From the NCBI RefSeq assembly GCF_009914755.1, contig NC_060938.1: a stretch of 64,000 nucleotides of DNA. One strand, written 5' to 3'. This DNA comes from the human T2T-CHM13v2.0 reference genome, Homo sapiens. The notes under the pieces are model-generated. The model was not told the origin of the DNA, made no database searches, and was given only the letters and a program-made list of their open reading frames with translations. Positions 1-12,290 of this stretch are shown here, one piece after another (within the stretch, counting starts at the first letter, position 1; every line of letters starts with the position of its first letter). The translations under genes were made by a program, and so were the position numbers.

Positions 1-724
1 TTAGCTACAATCTCATACTGTTTCCTAGAAAGAAATATCTTGCATACTGTCAAACCTCCCACAAAGATTTTCACATGTCTCCAAAGCTTAACAAATAAAT
101 ATCATTGTCTTATTTGACATGCTGATCCCACGTGTTTTCTGGCCGGTGAAAATATCCAACTAAGGAAGGCTGGAGCATTTTAGTTCAAAGATGTTTGTCA
201 AAGCCCTCAGTCTCTGTAGAGCACCTTCAGGGGAGAGGGAATCAGCCGAGTGATGCCCGTCGTCGTGGATGTCCAGCACTTTACAATTCAGAGAACACCT
301 TGCCTCCAATATCTCTGTTGTTTTGCTTCCCTTGAAAGGTAGAAAGGTCATGTGAGGTAACAGTGGGTTGAACAATCTATTCATGGGCATAGACAGAGTA
401 AGAGGCAGCTTTTGCCACAACTCAGCTCCAGGACTCCGACTCTCATGATCTGTCCCCACTCCAGGCTGCTGTGGCTACAGAAAAAAAAAAATTCAAAGTC
501 CTGTGCAACTATCTTTGTTTCCTCAGTGAGCCACAGACAGCAAGCATAAAAGCATTTTTCATTTGAGCCTGGGCCGCCTAGAATCCCTGGATGTGGACTG
601 CCCAGGTGGGGTTCTGGGCACCTGTGTGTATGTGGCTGACCTGGCCCTTGGCTGACCAATCGCCATACAGCAGAGCTGGGCCTAAGCAGAGCCCGGTGGA
701 CCAGGCCAGGAAAATGAAGAGGTG

Positions 725-820
725 GCTTCGGTTTTGTGTCAGCCACTAACTCACTGCGTGACCTTGAACAAGCCCCTCTCTTTCTGTGTGTCTCCGTCTC
801 CTTATCTGCAAAACTAAGGG
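725..820 (+). mobile_element. MIR SINE fragment
   Basis: Core-like GCCACTAACTCACTGCGTGACCTTGAACAAG...CCTTATCTGCAAAA matches the MIR core. Confidence 0.7.
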
Positions 821-1024
821 TTTATAATCAATCCTGGCCAAGCTTCTTTCAGCTCCGACAACCCACAGTACTGGGACCTGATCCCAGGTCATGCTTACCC
901 ACAGTGGGAGGGAGGTTGGCCTTCCGGGCTCTCTACCATGTGCAGATTCCGATCACAATACCTGCCTCTCATCTTCTTTCCCATATTCCCCCCACTCTGC
1001 TCATAGCAGAGCCTCTCTAGTCTT

Positions 1025-1880
1025 TATTTTGATACTTTAGGAGCAAGTAAGAGAAAACCGGACTCAAACCATTTTTAATAAAAAAATGTAATGGGTTTGT
1101 GCATCTGAAAAGTTCAGCAGCTCAGGGGACACAACCAGGACCCTGTTTCTCTCAGTATCTCCAGGTTCCACTTGTTTGGTGTTTGCGTTCTTCTCAGGAT
1201 GAGTCTTTCTTCATGGTTTCAAGATAGCCCCTGCCTCTTGGGAAGACGTGCTTCCTTGTTTATCCTCAAAGATGGGAGGTGGGGGTGCAGTGAGAAAGCA
1301 TCTCCTTGTACTACCATCCAACAAAACCCTGGGCTTTTGGCTGGGCATGGTAGCTCATTCCTGTAATCCCAACACTTTGGTAGGCTGAAGCAGGAGGATT
1401 GCTTGGGCCCAGGAGGTCAAGGTTGCAGTGAGTTGTGATCGCACCACTGCACTCCATCCAGCTTGGTCAACAGAGCAAGACTTCGTCCTGATAAAAAATT
1501 AACAAATTAACTGGGTATGGTGATGTATACCTATAGTCCCAGCTACTGGGGAGGCTGAGGTGGGAGGATCGCTGGAGCCCAAGAATTCAAGGTTGTAGTG
1601 AGTTAGGATCATGCCGCTGCACTCCAGCCTGAACAACAGAGTGAGACCCTGTCTCTACAACAAACAAACAAAACCCTGGGCTCTCACCTAACTGGTTCCA
1701 TGTATGACACATGCTCAGTCCTGAGCCTGAAGAATAACTGTACTAATTAGTTTAGGCCTAAACCCTGTGCCCTCCCCTAGAACCAGAGGTGAGCCTGCCT
1801 CACTGAAACACAAGCTCCACTAAGGAAGGGGTTCAGCTAAACAACTGGGGTGCAGGTGCCATCAGAAAAGAATGGGTATT
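1025..1880 (-). mobile_element. Old MaLR LTR (MLT1J/K/L-like), interrupted by an Alu
   Basis: GCAAGTAAGAGAAAACC...ACTCAAAC...CTGAAAAGTTCAG resembles the reverse-strand end of old MLT1 LTRs; similar sequence resumes after the Alu. Confidence 0.5.
1339..1669 (+). mobile_element. Old Alu (J-age) dimer with an atypical left monomer
   Basis: GGCTGGGCATGG start, A-rich linker, right arm and (CAAA)n tail; TSD AAAACCCTGGGCT at 1323-1335 and 1670-1682. Confidence 0.9.
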
Positions 1881-1962
1881 GGGTGGTTCTGATCACCAGA
1901 CGGGCCTTACAATGGCCCTTTGTTGGTATATTGGTACCAATACCAATTGGTACCTTGGGTGG

Positions 1963-2499
1963 TATATTAGTTTCTGATGGCTTCTGTTGAAAGAAATTAC
2001 CATAACCTTGGTGGCTTAAAAAAAACACAAATTAATTCTCTTACAGTTCTGGAAGCCAGAGGTCCAAAATCACTTTCACAGGGTTGAAACCAAGGTGTTG
2101 GCAGGGCTGTGCTCCCCCGCGGAGGCTCTAGGAGCGAAGCTGTGTCCTGGCCTTTTCCAGATCCTAGGGCTGTGTCCCTCGGCTCATGGCCCCTTCCTTC
2201 ATCGTCAAAGCCAGCAGTGTGGCACCTTCCAATCTCTCTCTGCTTCTGTGGTCACGTCATCTTCTCTCTCTCTCTCTCCTCGGACCCTCCTGCTGCCCTC
2301 TAATGAGGCCCTTGTGTCCACATTGAGCCCAAAGGCAATCCAGGATCACCTCCCATCTCCCATTCAAGATCATCTCCCATCTCCCATTCAAGATCCTGAA
2401 CTCTATCCCATCTGTGAAGTTTCTTTTGCCATATGACATTCACAGGTTCCAGGAATTAGGACCTGGACGTCTTTGGGGGACATTGTTCCATCAACCACA
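1963..2499 (-). mobile_element. MaLR solo LTR (MLT1C/D-like)
   Basis: Typical reverse MLT1 text (GGTGGCTTAAAA...TTACAGTTCTGGAAGCCAGA...CTTTGGGGGACATT...ACCACA); perfect 5-bp TSD GGTGG at 1958-1962 and 2500-2504; internal 24-bp tandem duplication at 2344-2391. Confidence 0.88.
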
Positions 2500-2539
2500 G
2501 GTGGCTCTCCTGCTGCCATGGGCATAATTACGTGTACCT

Positions 2540-2737
2540 TCTTGGTGCTTCCCAGGCCTTTCTTCATACCTGTGCAATGGCACTTATCACATTTACATCC
2601 TGGAATCCTGTATGTATTTACAGGTCTGCCCACTGGGCTGTGAGTGCCTTGGTACTATGAACTTTCTATTTATTTCCCCAGTAAGCATAGCAGCATGGCT
2701 GGCTCAGAGCAAGTTCTCAATGAGTGAATAGATAAAT
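2540..2737 (+). mobile_element. L2 LINE 3' end
   Basis: CACTTATCACA...GGGCTGTGAG...GCATGGCTGGCTCAGAGCAAGTTCTCAATGAGTGAAT resembles the L2 3' terminus. Confidence 0.6.
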
Positions 2738-3384
2738 CTCTTCACCCAAGCAATGTAATGCAAATTGAAAGCACAAGACCCAAAGGAACCTGGGACCAAG
2801 GACAACTCAGAGGCAGCAAGGGGTTAACGCAAAGACCCTAAATCCCAGTCTCAAATCTCCAGGCCCCTTCTGCTGCCTCCATACTGAGAGAGTTAGCCAA
2901 GCACATCTTATTTCCTGGAACCTATTTTTAAAATCCCTAAGTACTAGTGAGCAACATTGTAGCTATAAATAGAAGCCATGGATTTCATGATCAGGGAAAA
3001 TGAGTCCATCATATTATTTAAAAAATACCCAAACACGCTCACTATTTATAGCCCAAGGATTTCCACAGCTGAGCATACTCACTGAGAACCCCTGGCTGAT
3101 TTTCCTTCCAGCCAAACAGGGCTTGTGGAAATGTAGCAGGCAGGGGGAAAGTATGTCATCCTAAATTGCATTTATTTTTGAAAACCCACTTTCTAAAGAG
3201 AAGGGGATCATGGAAAATGTATGAAACTGACAGGAGTCTTTTAGGAAAAAAAGAATCACATTGCTGGTCGTGGGGTAGCTCAGGGTTCGGAGAGTGAGGG
3301 TGAAGGATCCACGCAAAGACGTTCATTGGGAAACGTACCACCAGGCCAGAATATTCAGGACCCAGTGAGTCCCTCTGAAATGGA

Positions 3385-3545
3385 AGTAATAGCCAGTCTT
3401 CACTGAGCTCTTACTGTATGCCAAGCTCTGTGCTAGGGACCTGCATGTATTATTTCCTTTCACCATTTCAACAGACACAATATGCTAGTCCTATTATTAT
3501 TAATCCCTTATTGCATGTGGGTAAACCAAGGCATAGAGAGGATGA
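3385..3545 (-). mobile_element. MIR SINE
   Basis: CACTGAGCTCTTACTGTATGCCAAGCTCTGTGCTA...GGTAAACCAAGGCATAGAGAGG matches reverse MIR. Confidence 0.7.
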
Positions 3546-4409
3546 GCATGTGGGATTGGAGAGGGAGCCAGCATTCTGAAGCACAAGCCTAGGCTGTCAG
3601 CATCATGGTTTCAGAGAGCAGGGAGAAGGTGGGTGGAGACCTGTCTGCACATGTTTTCCGTTTGGTGTGCAAGACCTCCATCATCAACCTCTATCTGACT
3701 CCTGGGACACCCCTTCCTTCTCTTTCCAACTCCTTCTCCTTCCTCTCCTCCCACTCAGCAAATGCATCCTAGAGAGGGAGGTCATTGCCTTACTGGCTTA
3801 GGCTCAGGATGATGTTTATCATATTTACCCTCCAGCCTGGGAGGCTATGGCCAATCAGGACAGCTGTTGACCATAAACAGCCAGGGCCACCATACAGTCC
3901 TGTTCTGCACCCAGGAAGGTTTCCTTTCTTCCAGCTAGATGCCCTCCTTATTTCTGTACCCCGTCCAGGCCCACTACTTCCTAAGATGGCTTCCCTAATT
4001 ACCCCTGCCATTGCCGCTTTTCCTCAACTGGCCTCTGTCTTCCTAGAGGACCGTATCTATTAAAATCACCCAAGTTGCAAGACCCTAAATGTCCTTGGAA
4101 AAAGCAGATGCTGCAAATATCAGGTGTCAGCTCCCAGGAAGCAGGCACAGACAGTCACAGAGCTGAGGCCAGAGGAACATGAGCTCAAGTCTCAGACTGG
4201 CTGATGAAGAAACTGAGGCCCAACTCAAGGGAACGTCCGTCCCTGGCCACTGGTGGAACCAATGCAGGGTTCAGTTTTCCCAAGAGTGAGCATCAAATGT
4301 CATGTAGGAGAATTCTGAGCACGGTAATGCCTGTGGGCAAGACATATCATCTGTCAACTTTCTCTTTTGGAAAATGAGTATCTAAAATAAGATTTTGTAA
4401 TTACTTCTC

Positions 4410-5235
4410 AGTAAGATCTTCTTTATCTCCTCTACCACGCTCTTGTCCAGGTCAACATGAGATCTCCCCTGACAGCAGCAACACCCTCCCACTTGGTTGC
4501 CTTTTCTTTGCTCTGTCCTTTCTCATTGTCATTCATTCTTCACGCTTCAACCAGCAAGGTCTTCCAGAAACTCAAATTGGGTGATGTCATCCCTGCCTCC
4601 TCTCTATGATGTCATCCCTGCCCCGTCCCATTCCTCCAGGTAAATCATAAACTTCCTATGACCGTTCTTAAGGCCTTTCATGGTGTATAAGGCCCTCTCC
4701 ATTTCTCTAGTCTTTCCTGTTGTTGCTACACAGGAGGCTTTTGCTCCAGCCAGAGCAAGTCACTTGCTGTCCCCTGAACCCATCTGCTCTTTTGTGGCCC
4801 TGGAGTCTTTGCTCAAGCTCACAGGAGTTCTGTGGAAACAGAGACTGTGTTTTTCATCTCCATATTTCTTGGTTTGTGGGGATGCTCAACACCTGTTAAT
4901 GGAATAAATGGATGGATGGGAGGATGAATGAGTAAACGAATGTATGAATACTATTTTCCACCTCTGGAATCCACCTGTTTTCCAAGACTCCTTCAGTGCT
5001 TCCTCACCTTCAACCTCACCTCTATTGTAAAGTCTCTCCTGGACATCACCTCCAGTATACGTCTGGTACAATTTCATTAAGCCTTTCCTGATCCCAGTGA
5101 CTGCAGCCCAGTATATATTTTCTGTATCTGCCTTCCCCACTAGACTGTTCCACCCAAGAACAGAGACACTTTTTTGAATATGGGTTGATTCCCGGTGCCT
5201 GGCATGAGCTTTAATGACTGAATGCACTGAAAAGC
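4410..5235 (+). mobile_element. L2 LINE fragments
   Basis: Pyrimidine-rich L2 ORF2/3' text with (TGAA/TGGA)n-type tails at about 4905-4950 and 5215-5225. Confidence 0.6.
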
Positions 5236-6144
5236 TGTCTGGCCATATGCATGAATGAAAAAGCTCAGTGACACATGCCCATGGTCATACAGAGAGCTAG
5301 GGGAAGAGCTAGGGCCAGATCCCAGTGATCAGGCTTCCAGTTCTCTGTTCTTTCCAACATGTCCCAGTGTATATAAGAAGCTGGAGATTTCACTAGTTTT
5401 AGGATTTTTTCCAGGTCTTTGGAATGCCACAAAACACACCAAGCAAGTAGGAGTCATCTCAAAGTGACCAAACCAGAATATGTCTGCCCATGATGCCAAA
5501 CTCAATCACTCATCAGTGGCTTCTTTTCTGGAAGAATGGTATCCAGGGCATTGCTAGTTTCACCTTGTATCCTGAATGACTGGATTACAAAACAAGTGAT
5601 GATGCCTTCGGAGGAAGGTGTTGACAGCAGGAAGATGGGAACAGATTTCAGAGCTGGGAGTGGTTTAGAGTAGCAATAAGAGCCTCAGACAAGAACCTGC
5701 ATTATTTTTTCAACTCTGTTACTGATTTGCGGGTCTGTCTGGGCCTTGGCTCACATTTCCACAATATGATGAAAGTAGAATGCATTTTCTCTAAGGCCCT
5801 TCCAAGTTCTCAAGCTCTGTGTGTTTATATCTCCAAAGCTCATTGGAAAAGATGCAAATGATTTGAAGGCTAATAATGAAGACAGAAATTTTCCAGTAAT
5901 GTGACAAGTAGTAGGCTTATTTTCCAAGTGTTCAACAATCAACAACAAATGTAACAAAAATAAAGATAAAATTTGGAATGTTTCTTAAAAACAAACCTAC
6001 TAGATTCAATGTGAAATTTAATCACTTACAAGTAATATCCTAACCGTGATCCATCCCCATTACCTGGAAGACCTTTGTTTCTGCTGATTCCCATGCCTTC
6101 TTCTAATAGAAATGCCCTTACAACTATTGTTTGCAGTGGGGTGG

Positions 6145-6212
6145 GGAGAAAGGAAAGAAGGAAGGAAAGAGGGAGGAAGAGAGGGAGGAAAAGGGGGAGG
6201 GAGGGCAGAAGA
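6145..6212 (+). repeat. Purine-rich (GGAA/GAGG)n simple repeat
   Basis: Almost pure purine tract visible in the sequence. Confidence 0.85.
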
Positions 6213-6249
6213 AACCCCTTAAAAGATTACAAAGTACTTTTATGTAGAT

Positions 6250-6365
6250 TAATTTAATCTGTCATAAGAAGCCTCTGAAGCAACTCCATGATTCCCATTT
6301 TACAGATAAAAGAACAGGGGCATAGATAAATCTCTTGCTAAGGTCACACTATTAGTAAAAGCAGA
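6250..6365 (-). mobile_element. MIR SINE
   Basis: ATTCCCATTTTACAGATAAAAGAACAGGG...AAGGTCACAC matches the reverse MIR core. Confidence 0.7.
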
Positions 6366-8212
6366 AATATCAATCATGGTCATCTTGAATTTCCATTCTA
6401 TGGAGCTGACAATAGGATAGGAAAGAGAAGATCAAAAACCAGTATTAGCCACATAAGGGCCATCATCCCCCACCAAAACAAAGTGATGTTGAACCTGCCT
6501 TATCAGATAACAGTCATCAATGTAGGTCAGTAATTTCATGTGACTGAGTCACCATGACAAAAGCTAACAATGGCTCTCAGATTTTGAAAGATGTGGCTTT
6601 GTTTAAAGTATTCAAAAGAGATTTCCCACACTGAAATTCCTACATTAAAATTTTAATTAAATGCTACATAGCATAATAAAATAGCTACCCATTTTGTCCA
6701 TTCCTTTGTCATATTTCATCTTCACTGCTGCCATTTTAAAGATTTTCAGTTTTCTCTATGAGTTACACCAATTTCTAATTGGCATCATTTTGAAGTTGTA
6801 CAACTTCTGGTGTTTCAAAGGAAATCAAAAAAGAAGGAAAAGAGAGCCACAAGATGTGATTGATGGAGAAGGTAAACTCAGCCCTTCCACAACATGCATA
6901 ACTGCTCAGTTTGAGTGACTTGGCTTTGAGAGGCATTCATTGCAAAGGAAGGAACATTTGTTGTGAATCTAGTGTTTGGCATGGGGAAGGGACAGATGAA
7001 AAGATGAATAGACTTTGAGGAGTTCAAAATCTGCTGACAAAGATGGACCCAACCCCACTTAGTGAGTTCTATAACAGTCCTCTCCCAGCTTCTTGTACTG
7101 AAGTACCATTTTTAACCATCTTTGCAGCCATCTCTTTTGTGGGTGTGTCAAATGAAAAAGGTGCATCTGCTCCCAGGTCTGTTAATAATACATTTCACAG
7201 CAACAATACTATTATTGCTAACAAGGACGATTAACATTTGTATCATGCTTTAATGCTTACAAACCACAGTCACACTCAATGTGCCTTAAAACTGCAGAAT
7301 TAGAGAAGTTTGAGTCAGGTAATATTTTTCCACTGAAAATATTTATGTTCAATTTTCTACAACTAGCAAATTAGAGACATTATTAACGTTTTACAAATAT
7401 TGTAAAGAGAACCCCTTGCAGGCCATTTCCAACTATGCCAAAATGCATGCTGACATCCTTCAAATATTAAAAAGAGCAAGCAAAACATTTCAACTATTTG
7501 GACTATGTGAACCAAGCCAGTGGGGAATGCACATGACTCTGCAGAAGCAAAGAACATTATTCAGCAAAAAAGACATGCATTCTGCATAAGGCTATAAAAT
7601 AATTTTTTCCTAGAGCATATTTTTAGATCATTGTACTGCAAGAATTCTGATTTCTTTCTAAAACAAATTGATTATCAAGAATCACTGAACTTCTGTAAAA
7701 GAATAGCAACTTATCTAAATTTCCTGTTTTGACAAGCATTAAGGAAAATTATGTAGTACTCACAGCCACAAGAGGAATGTGCTATAGAGTTCTTATACTG
7801 TTGAGACTGTTAATCATATCAAAACAAATAATTTCACTCAGCTAAGTTTGTACTTGGTAGAGCAGATATTCTTATTGCAATACTTAATTCATGGACTCAA
7901 GCCATTGGCCATTCAAGGCTAAGGGCATAGAGGAGCCGGCACATGCAAGTCTCTCTCCATGGTACTGAGTTGCCCATCCTCTCGCGTTAGGGTCTAGTTG
8001 TGTCTCTTTCCTGCTGAGAGGACCAGATGCAGAGTCAGGATTTAGAACTCTGTTCCAGCTCCATCACTACATAACTAATTGTGTAGCCAAGGTCACATTA
8101 TTCACTTGTTTTCTCTCATCCTCAATTTCTTCAGAATGTAAAATTAGCACATTAAAAAGAGGACTCTATGCTCCAACACCCTATGATTTGGTGACTTAAA
8201 ATTGCCAAAGTA

Positions 8213-8518
8213 GGGTGGGCATGGTGGCTCATGCCTGTAATCCTAGCACTTTGGGAGGCCGTGGCAGGCGGATTGCTTAAGCCAGGAGTTTGAGACCAGC
8301 CTGGGCAATATGGCAAAACCCAGTTTCCAAAAAAAAAAATGCAAAAATTAGCTAGGTATGGTGGTGTGCTCCTGTGGTCTCAGCTACTGAGAAGGCTGTG
8401 GAGGGAGGATCACCTGAGGCCCAGGTAGGTTGAGGCTGCGGTGAGCCATGATTGTGCCACTGCACTCCAGCCTGGGTGACACAGTGAAACCCTGTCTCCA
8501 ACAACAACAACAAAAAAA
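8213..8518 (+). mobile_element. AluJ
   Basis: Full dimer with J-type features (GGATTGCTT, GGCTGCGGTGAGCCATGATTG), (CAA)n/A tail and a degenerate TSD. Confidence 0.92.
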
Positions 8519-8632
8519 GATATTGCTAAAATATTTGAACAGCTGGCAGGGTTCTCAATTTGATTTAACGAAGTATAATTAGGGTCATCTCTCATATTTC
8601 ATATACTATGCTAGGTACTGAAAGTACGATTA

Positions 8633-9740
8633 CATATTAGTTAGAAACTTTTTGGTTGAAATGGACACAAAACATACTGGCTTATATGGAAAAAAAAAGG
8701 TAATAACGTCGGGTAATTTACTAGGTCAAGAACCAAACTTGTAGGATTCCAGCTGGGAGTCAGGTTCAATTGGAAAGAGAACCTGCAACACCCTCAAATC
8801 TTTATTTTTTCTACTTTATTCCTTTATTCCAAAATGACTTTTACCCAGAAGGTGTGTGGCAGACAGAGTTTCAGGTGCCCCCCAATTATCCCAGCCTCTT
8901 AGCACTCACAACCTTATACAATTCCCTATCCTTAAGTATGGGCATGACTTGAGAGTTACCTCTCACCAATAAATATGGCAAAGGTAAAATGACGTCACTT
9001 CTGTGATTACGTTACCTAAGACTGTAACATGTTTCTTGCTAACGTGTTTTTTCTTGCTGGCTTGGATGAAGCCAGTGGGCCTGTTGGGGAGGCCCCAGTG
9101 ACAAGGAACTAGGGGCAGCAGCCTCTAGCCAACAGTCATGTAGGAACTGAAGGTAGCCTCTGGCCAACACCAGCCAACAACAAACTCAGACCTTCGGGCC
9201 CATGGGCAACAGCATCCGGTTCTGTCAACAGCCGTGTGAACTTGGAAAGGGATCCTTCCCCAGCTGAGCCTTGAGATGAGACAGGGGCATCAGTTCCCAC
9301 CTTGATTACAGCTTTCATAAGAGGCCCTGCTGCAGAGGATCCAGCAAAGCTGTACTCAGATTTGTGACCCACAGAAACTGTGAGATAGCAAATGTATGTT
9401 TTTTAAGCCACTGAGTTTGTGGTAATTTGTTATATAATAGATAAATAACATGAAGGGCATGGCCACTAAAATCCCTGCACCTGAATCTCAAGCTTTGGAA
9501 CCTGGGCAGAGCTGAAAACAAGTTTTTCTCCTTTCCTGTTGAAAATTCCTAATGAAGAGCTTTGATCATCCCAGCTTGTGTCAGGTATCCACACTACTAA
9601 CCACTGAGGCCAGGGAGGTGGAAATTGGCAGGAGGCAGCAGCCTTTATTCAGGCTGATTGAATTGGATAGAACATTTCCCATGACAAGAGAAAAAGTGCA
9701 ATTATGGTCAGGCCAAACAGTAGTTGCCCACCGCAAATGG
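8633..9740 (-). mobile_element. Old MaLR LTR (MLT1J/K-like) split by a younger LTR
   Basis: ATTAGTTAGAAACTTTTTGGTTG...ACTGGCTTA at 8633-8690; compatible text resumes at about 9451-9740. Confidence 0.5.
8855..9450 (+). mobile_element. MaLR LTR (MLT1E/F-like)
   Basis: TGTGGCAGACAG start, GAAGCCAG...ACAAGGAACT...GCCAACAG body, and TTTTAAGCCACTGAGTTTGTGGTAATTTGTT...AATAACA end. Confidence 0.85.
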
Positions 9741-9759
9741 TGAACAATGTACATTTTCT

Positions 9760-10860
9760 TTGCCCATGATCTAGAGGCAGGTGTAAGTGAGTTAATTGCC
9801 TATTAAAATCAGTTGTTTCTCTGCTGCAGTAAGGGAAGTACAGATCTTGAAGAAGGACTTTTACACAAACCTGAGAGTCAGGAAAAAATATCCAGGGAAA
9901 GTGACACTTAAGATAGCAACTGAAAACTGAGTAGGAGTAATCCAGGTAAAAAAAGGACAACTAAGAATGCCTCAGACCTGGAAGACATCTTGTGAAAAAC
10001 GCCCAGGCACTAGAGAAGAAAAATGAAGTATCTGGTTGATTCCAAACATCTTTAATATACTCAGATCACAGTGTGGAGAGTATGCTAGGGAAGTGCCAAG
10101 AAAGAGGCTGAAGAAATTTTCCAGGGCTGGGACATGAAAGACCTGGTATTAGTCAGAATTCCTGGTGACATATCATAGACTCCATTCTTAGTTGGCTCGC
10201 AGGGTTAAGACACCATGCAGTCAGAAACTCTGCAGCCATGGTGAGACCCAGTACACCAGAACATCGTGGTTGCCCATCCCCACCATTGGCACCAGTCATC
10301 CCACACTGGATAACAAAAGCTCTCCCAGAGAAGTTAGATGTCCCACCCTTCTGCCTGGTAGGAGACTATCTCCCAGCTCACCACTGGGTCTGCTGCCTCA
10401 GGTAACACTTTGGCATCCAGCTCTCACAGTGGGGGTCTGATTGGAAGAAGCCAGGTCGCTTGCCTGCGTCCGAGCTGCGAGGAAGGCTGGAACGTGTTAT
10501 TGCAGATGCTGATTTTATTCCATCATGGGAATGTGGGAATCATATATGGGAACTGTCAAAGTGTAGAGAGGTTGCTCAAAAGATAAAGACATCCATAAAT
10601 GACAGCTGCTCATGAAACGCTTCATGAGCCAACCAAGAATTTTGCCTTTGTCTCGGAGGATGTCATCAAAGGGGTTTGGGTAAGGGAATGGCATGCTTCC
10701 TCTTATAGTTTAGGAAGCTCACTTGGCATAGAGGGTGGAGGATGAATTGGAGGCAAGGAGGCCAGGTGGAAACCTGTTGAGGCATTCAGGTGAGGAAACC
10801 CAAATGCTGGGAATAAAGTTGAGGCAATGGGAATGGAGAGAAGGAAACCGCTGGGTGGAT
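9760..10860 (-). mobile_element. L2 LINE fragments with an intervening old LTR-like segment (about 10145-10600)
   Basis: Purine-rich reverse L2 text at 9770-10140 and 10625-10860. Confidence 0.5.
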
Positions 10861-11557
10861 CCTAGGAGGCACATAAATAAGTACTTTCTCTTAAGTAGAC
10901 AAAAATACTTAATAAATTACCATTCTTTTCTGCACACCCGCCCCCCACCCCCCCCCCCCACCCGCATCTTAGCAACACTTGGGGATATTCCTCTCTACCT
11001 AGGGTTAAATTTGGATTTTTAAATGCATTTTCCCAAAGAAATAATACAGTGGTGGGCCATGTGGGAAACCTATCATTTGTAATATAGCTTCTCTGACAAG
11101 TGTCTTTTAAATATATATTGAGCATGGAATCTTTCTTCAAATGAAATCTAATATAAAGTCAATGAGGGCAGATGTTGGGTAAGCGTGGTGTTTTTCAGTT
11201 CAGAACTCTGCCCTCTCTTTCTTTCCAAAATATCAGCCTGGAGGAAGATCTGCAGAACCCTGGGGTATCATGTTGCATGGTTTGAGAATATGTGCCCCTT
11301 GAAAGTGTGTCTTGAGCTTACACAAAAAGCAGAACTGACTCTCAGTTGCTCTTATGTGCTGCTGTAAGTACTAGGTGGATTCACTGGGGAGAGAGAGGAA
11401 AAGGAAGGCAGGAGCTACCATAGAAAGTTTCTTGGAGGAAGGTGGCTAGTGCTGAGCCTCCAAGGATAAGAAAGATGTGCCAAGGAGGGAGTAGCAATAG
11501 GAGTGCTCTATGAAGAGCTGATGATGGCAAGGGCACTTACTGAAATTAGATGAGTGG

Positions 11558-12109
11558 TATGGTGGGCAGGCTGTAAGATGTCCCCACTGGTCCTTGTCTC
11601 CTGGGATTCACACCCTTGTATAATCCCTTCTTCTTGAATGTGAGCAAGACCTGCTTTTAATAGAATACAGCAATGGTAATGGGAGGTCACCTCTGTCATT
11701 AGGTTACATGAGATCTTGGTTTCCGTCTTTCTTGCAGCTCTCTTTTTTGTCTTCTTGTCTTGCACACTTTGATGAAGCAAGCTGCAATACTGGAGAGGCT
11801 CATGTGGCAAAGAATTGCTGGTGGCCACTGGCCAACAGTCATCTAGGAAGTGAGGCCCTCAGTCCAGCACCCTCAAGGAGCTAAATTGTGTCAACAATAT
11901 CCTGAGAAGAGGCCTGCAGTGGATACATCCCCTGTTGAGCCTTCAGATGAGCTCCCAGCCCTGGTTGACACACTGATTTCAGCCTTGAGAGAGACCCTGA
12001 GCAGAAAGCTCAACTGAGCTGTGCCCATCTAACTGTGAGGTCATAAGTGTGTGTTGTTTTAAGTCACTAAGTGTTGTGAATGTGTTACACAGCAAAAGAG
12101 AGCTGATGT
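11558..12109 (+). mobile_element. MaLR LTR (MLT1E/F-like)
   Basis: Same family signatures as 8855-9450 (CACCCTTGTATAATCCC, CATGTGGCAAAGAA, GCCTTCAGATGAG, TTTTAAGTCACTAAGT). Confidence 0.85.
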
Positions 12110-12290
12110 AGTGACTTTGGGCATGCTCTTCATATTCCTAACCCTCAGCTTTCTACTCTGTAAGTGTGGGGAATATGTGGACCACCTTTCAGGTTTGGTG
12201 GAGGGATTATATAAAACAAGACAAGGAATGCCAGCATTCTGTAGGGCTAGCTGTAGATGTTCAATAAGCAGTAGCTACAGCCACCACTAC
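12110..12290 (+). mobile_element. MIR SINE
   Basis: GTGACTTTGGGCA...CCTCAGCTTTCTACTCTGTAAG core. Confidence 0.65.

Noticed and set aside
160-459. 99-aa minus-strand ORF in unique sequence at the window start
   Set aside because: No recognisable homology or convincing exon structure.
8855-12109. Two same-family, same-orientation MLT1 LTRs resembling a provirus
   Set aside because: The interval holds older MLT and L2 fragments rather than MaLR internal sequence, and no shared outer TSD is visible; best read as two solo LTRs.
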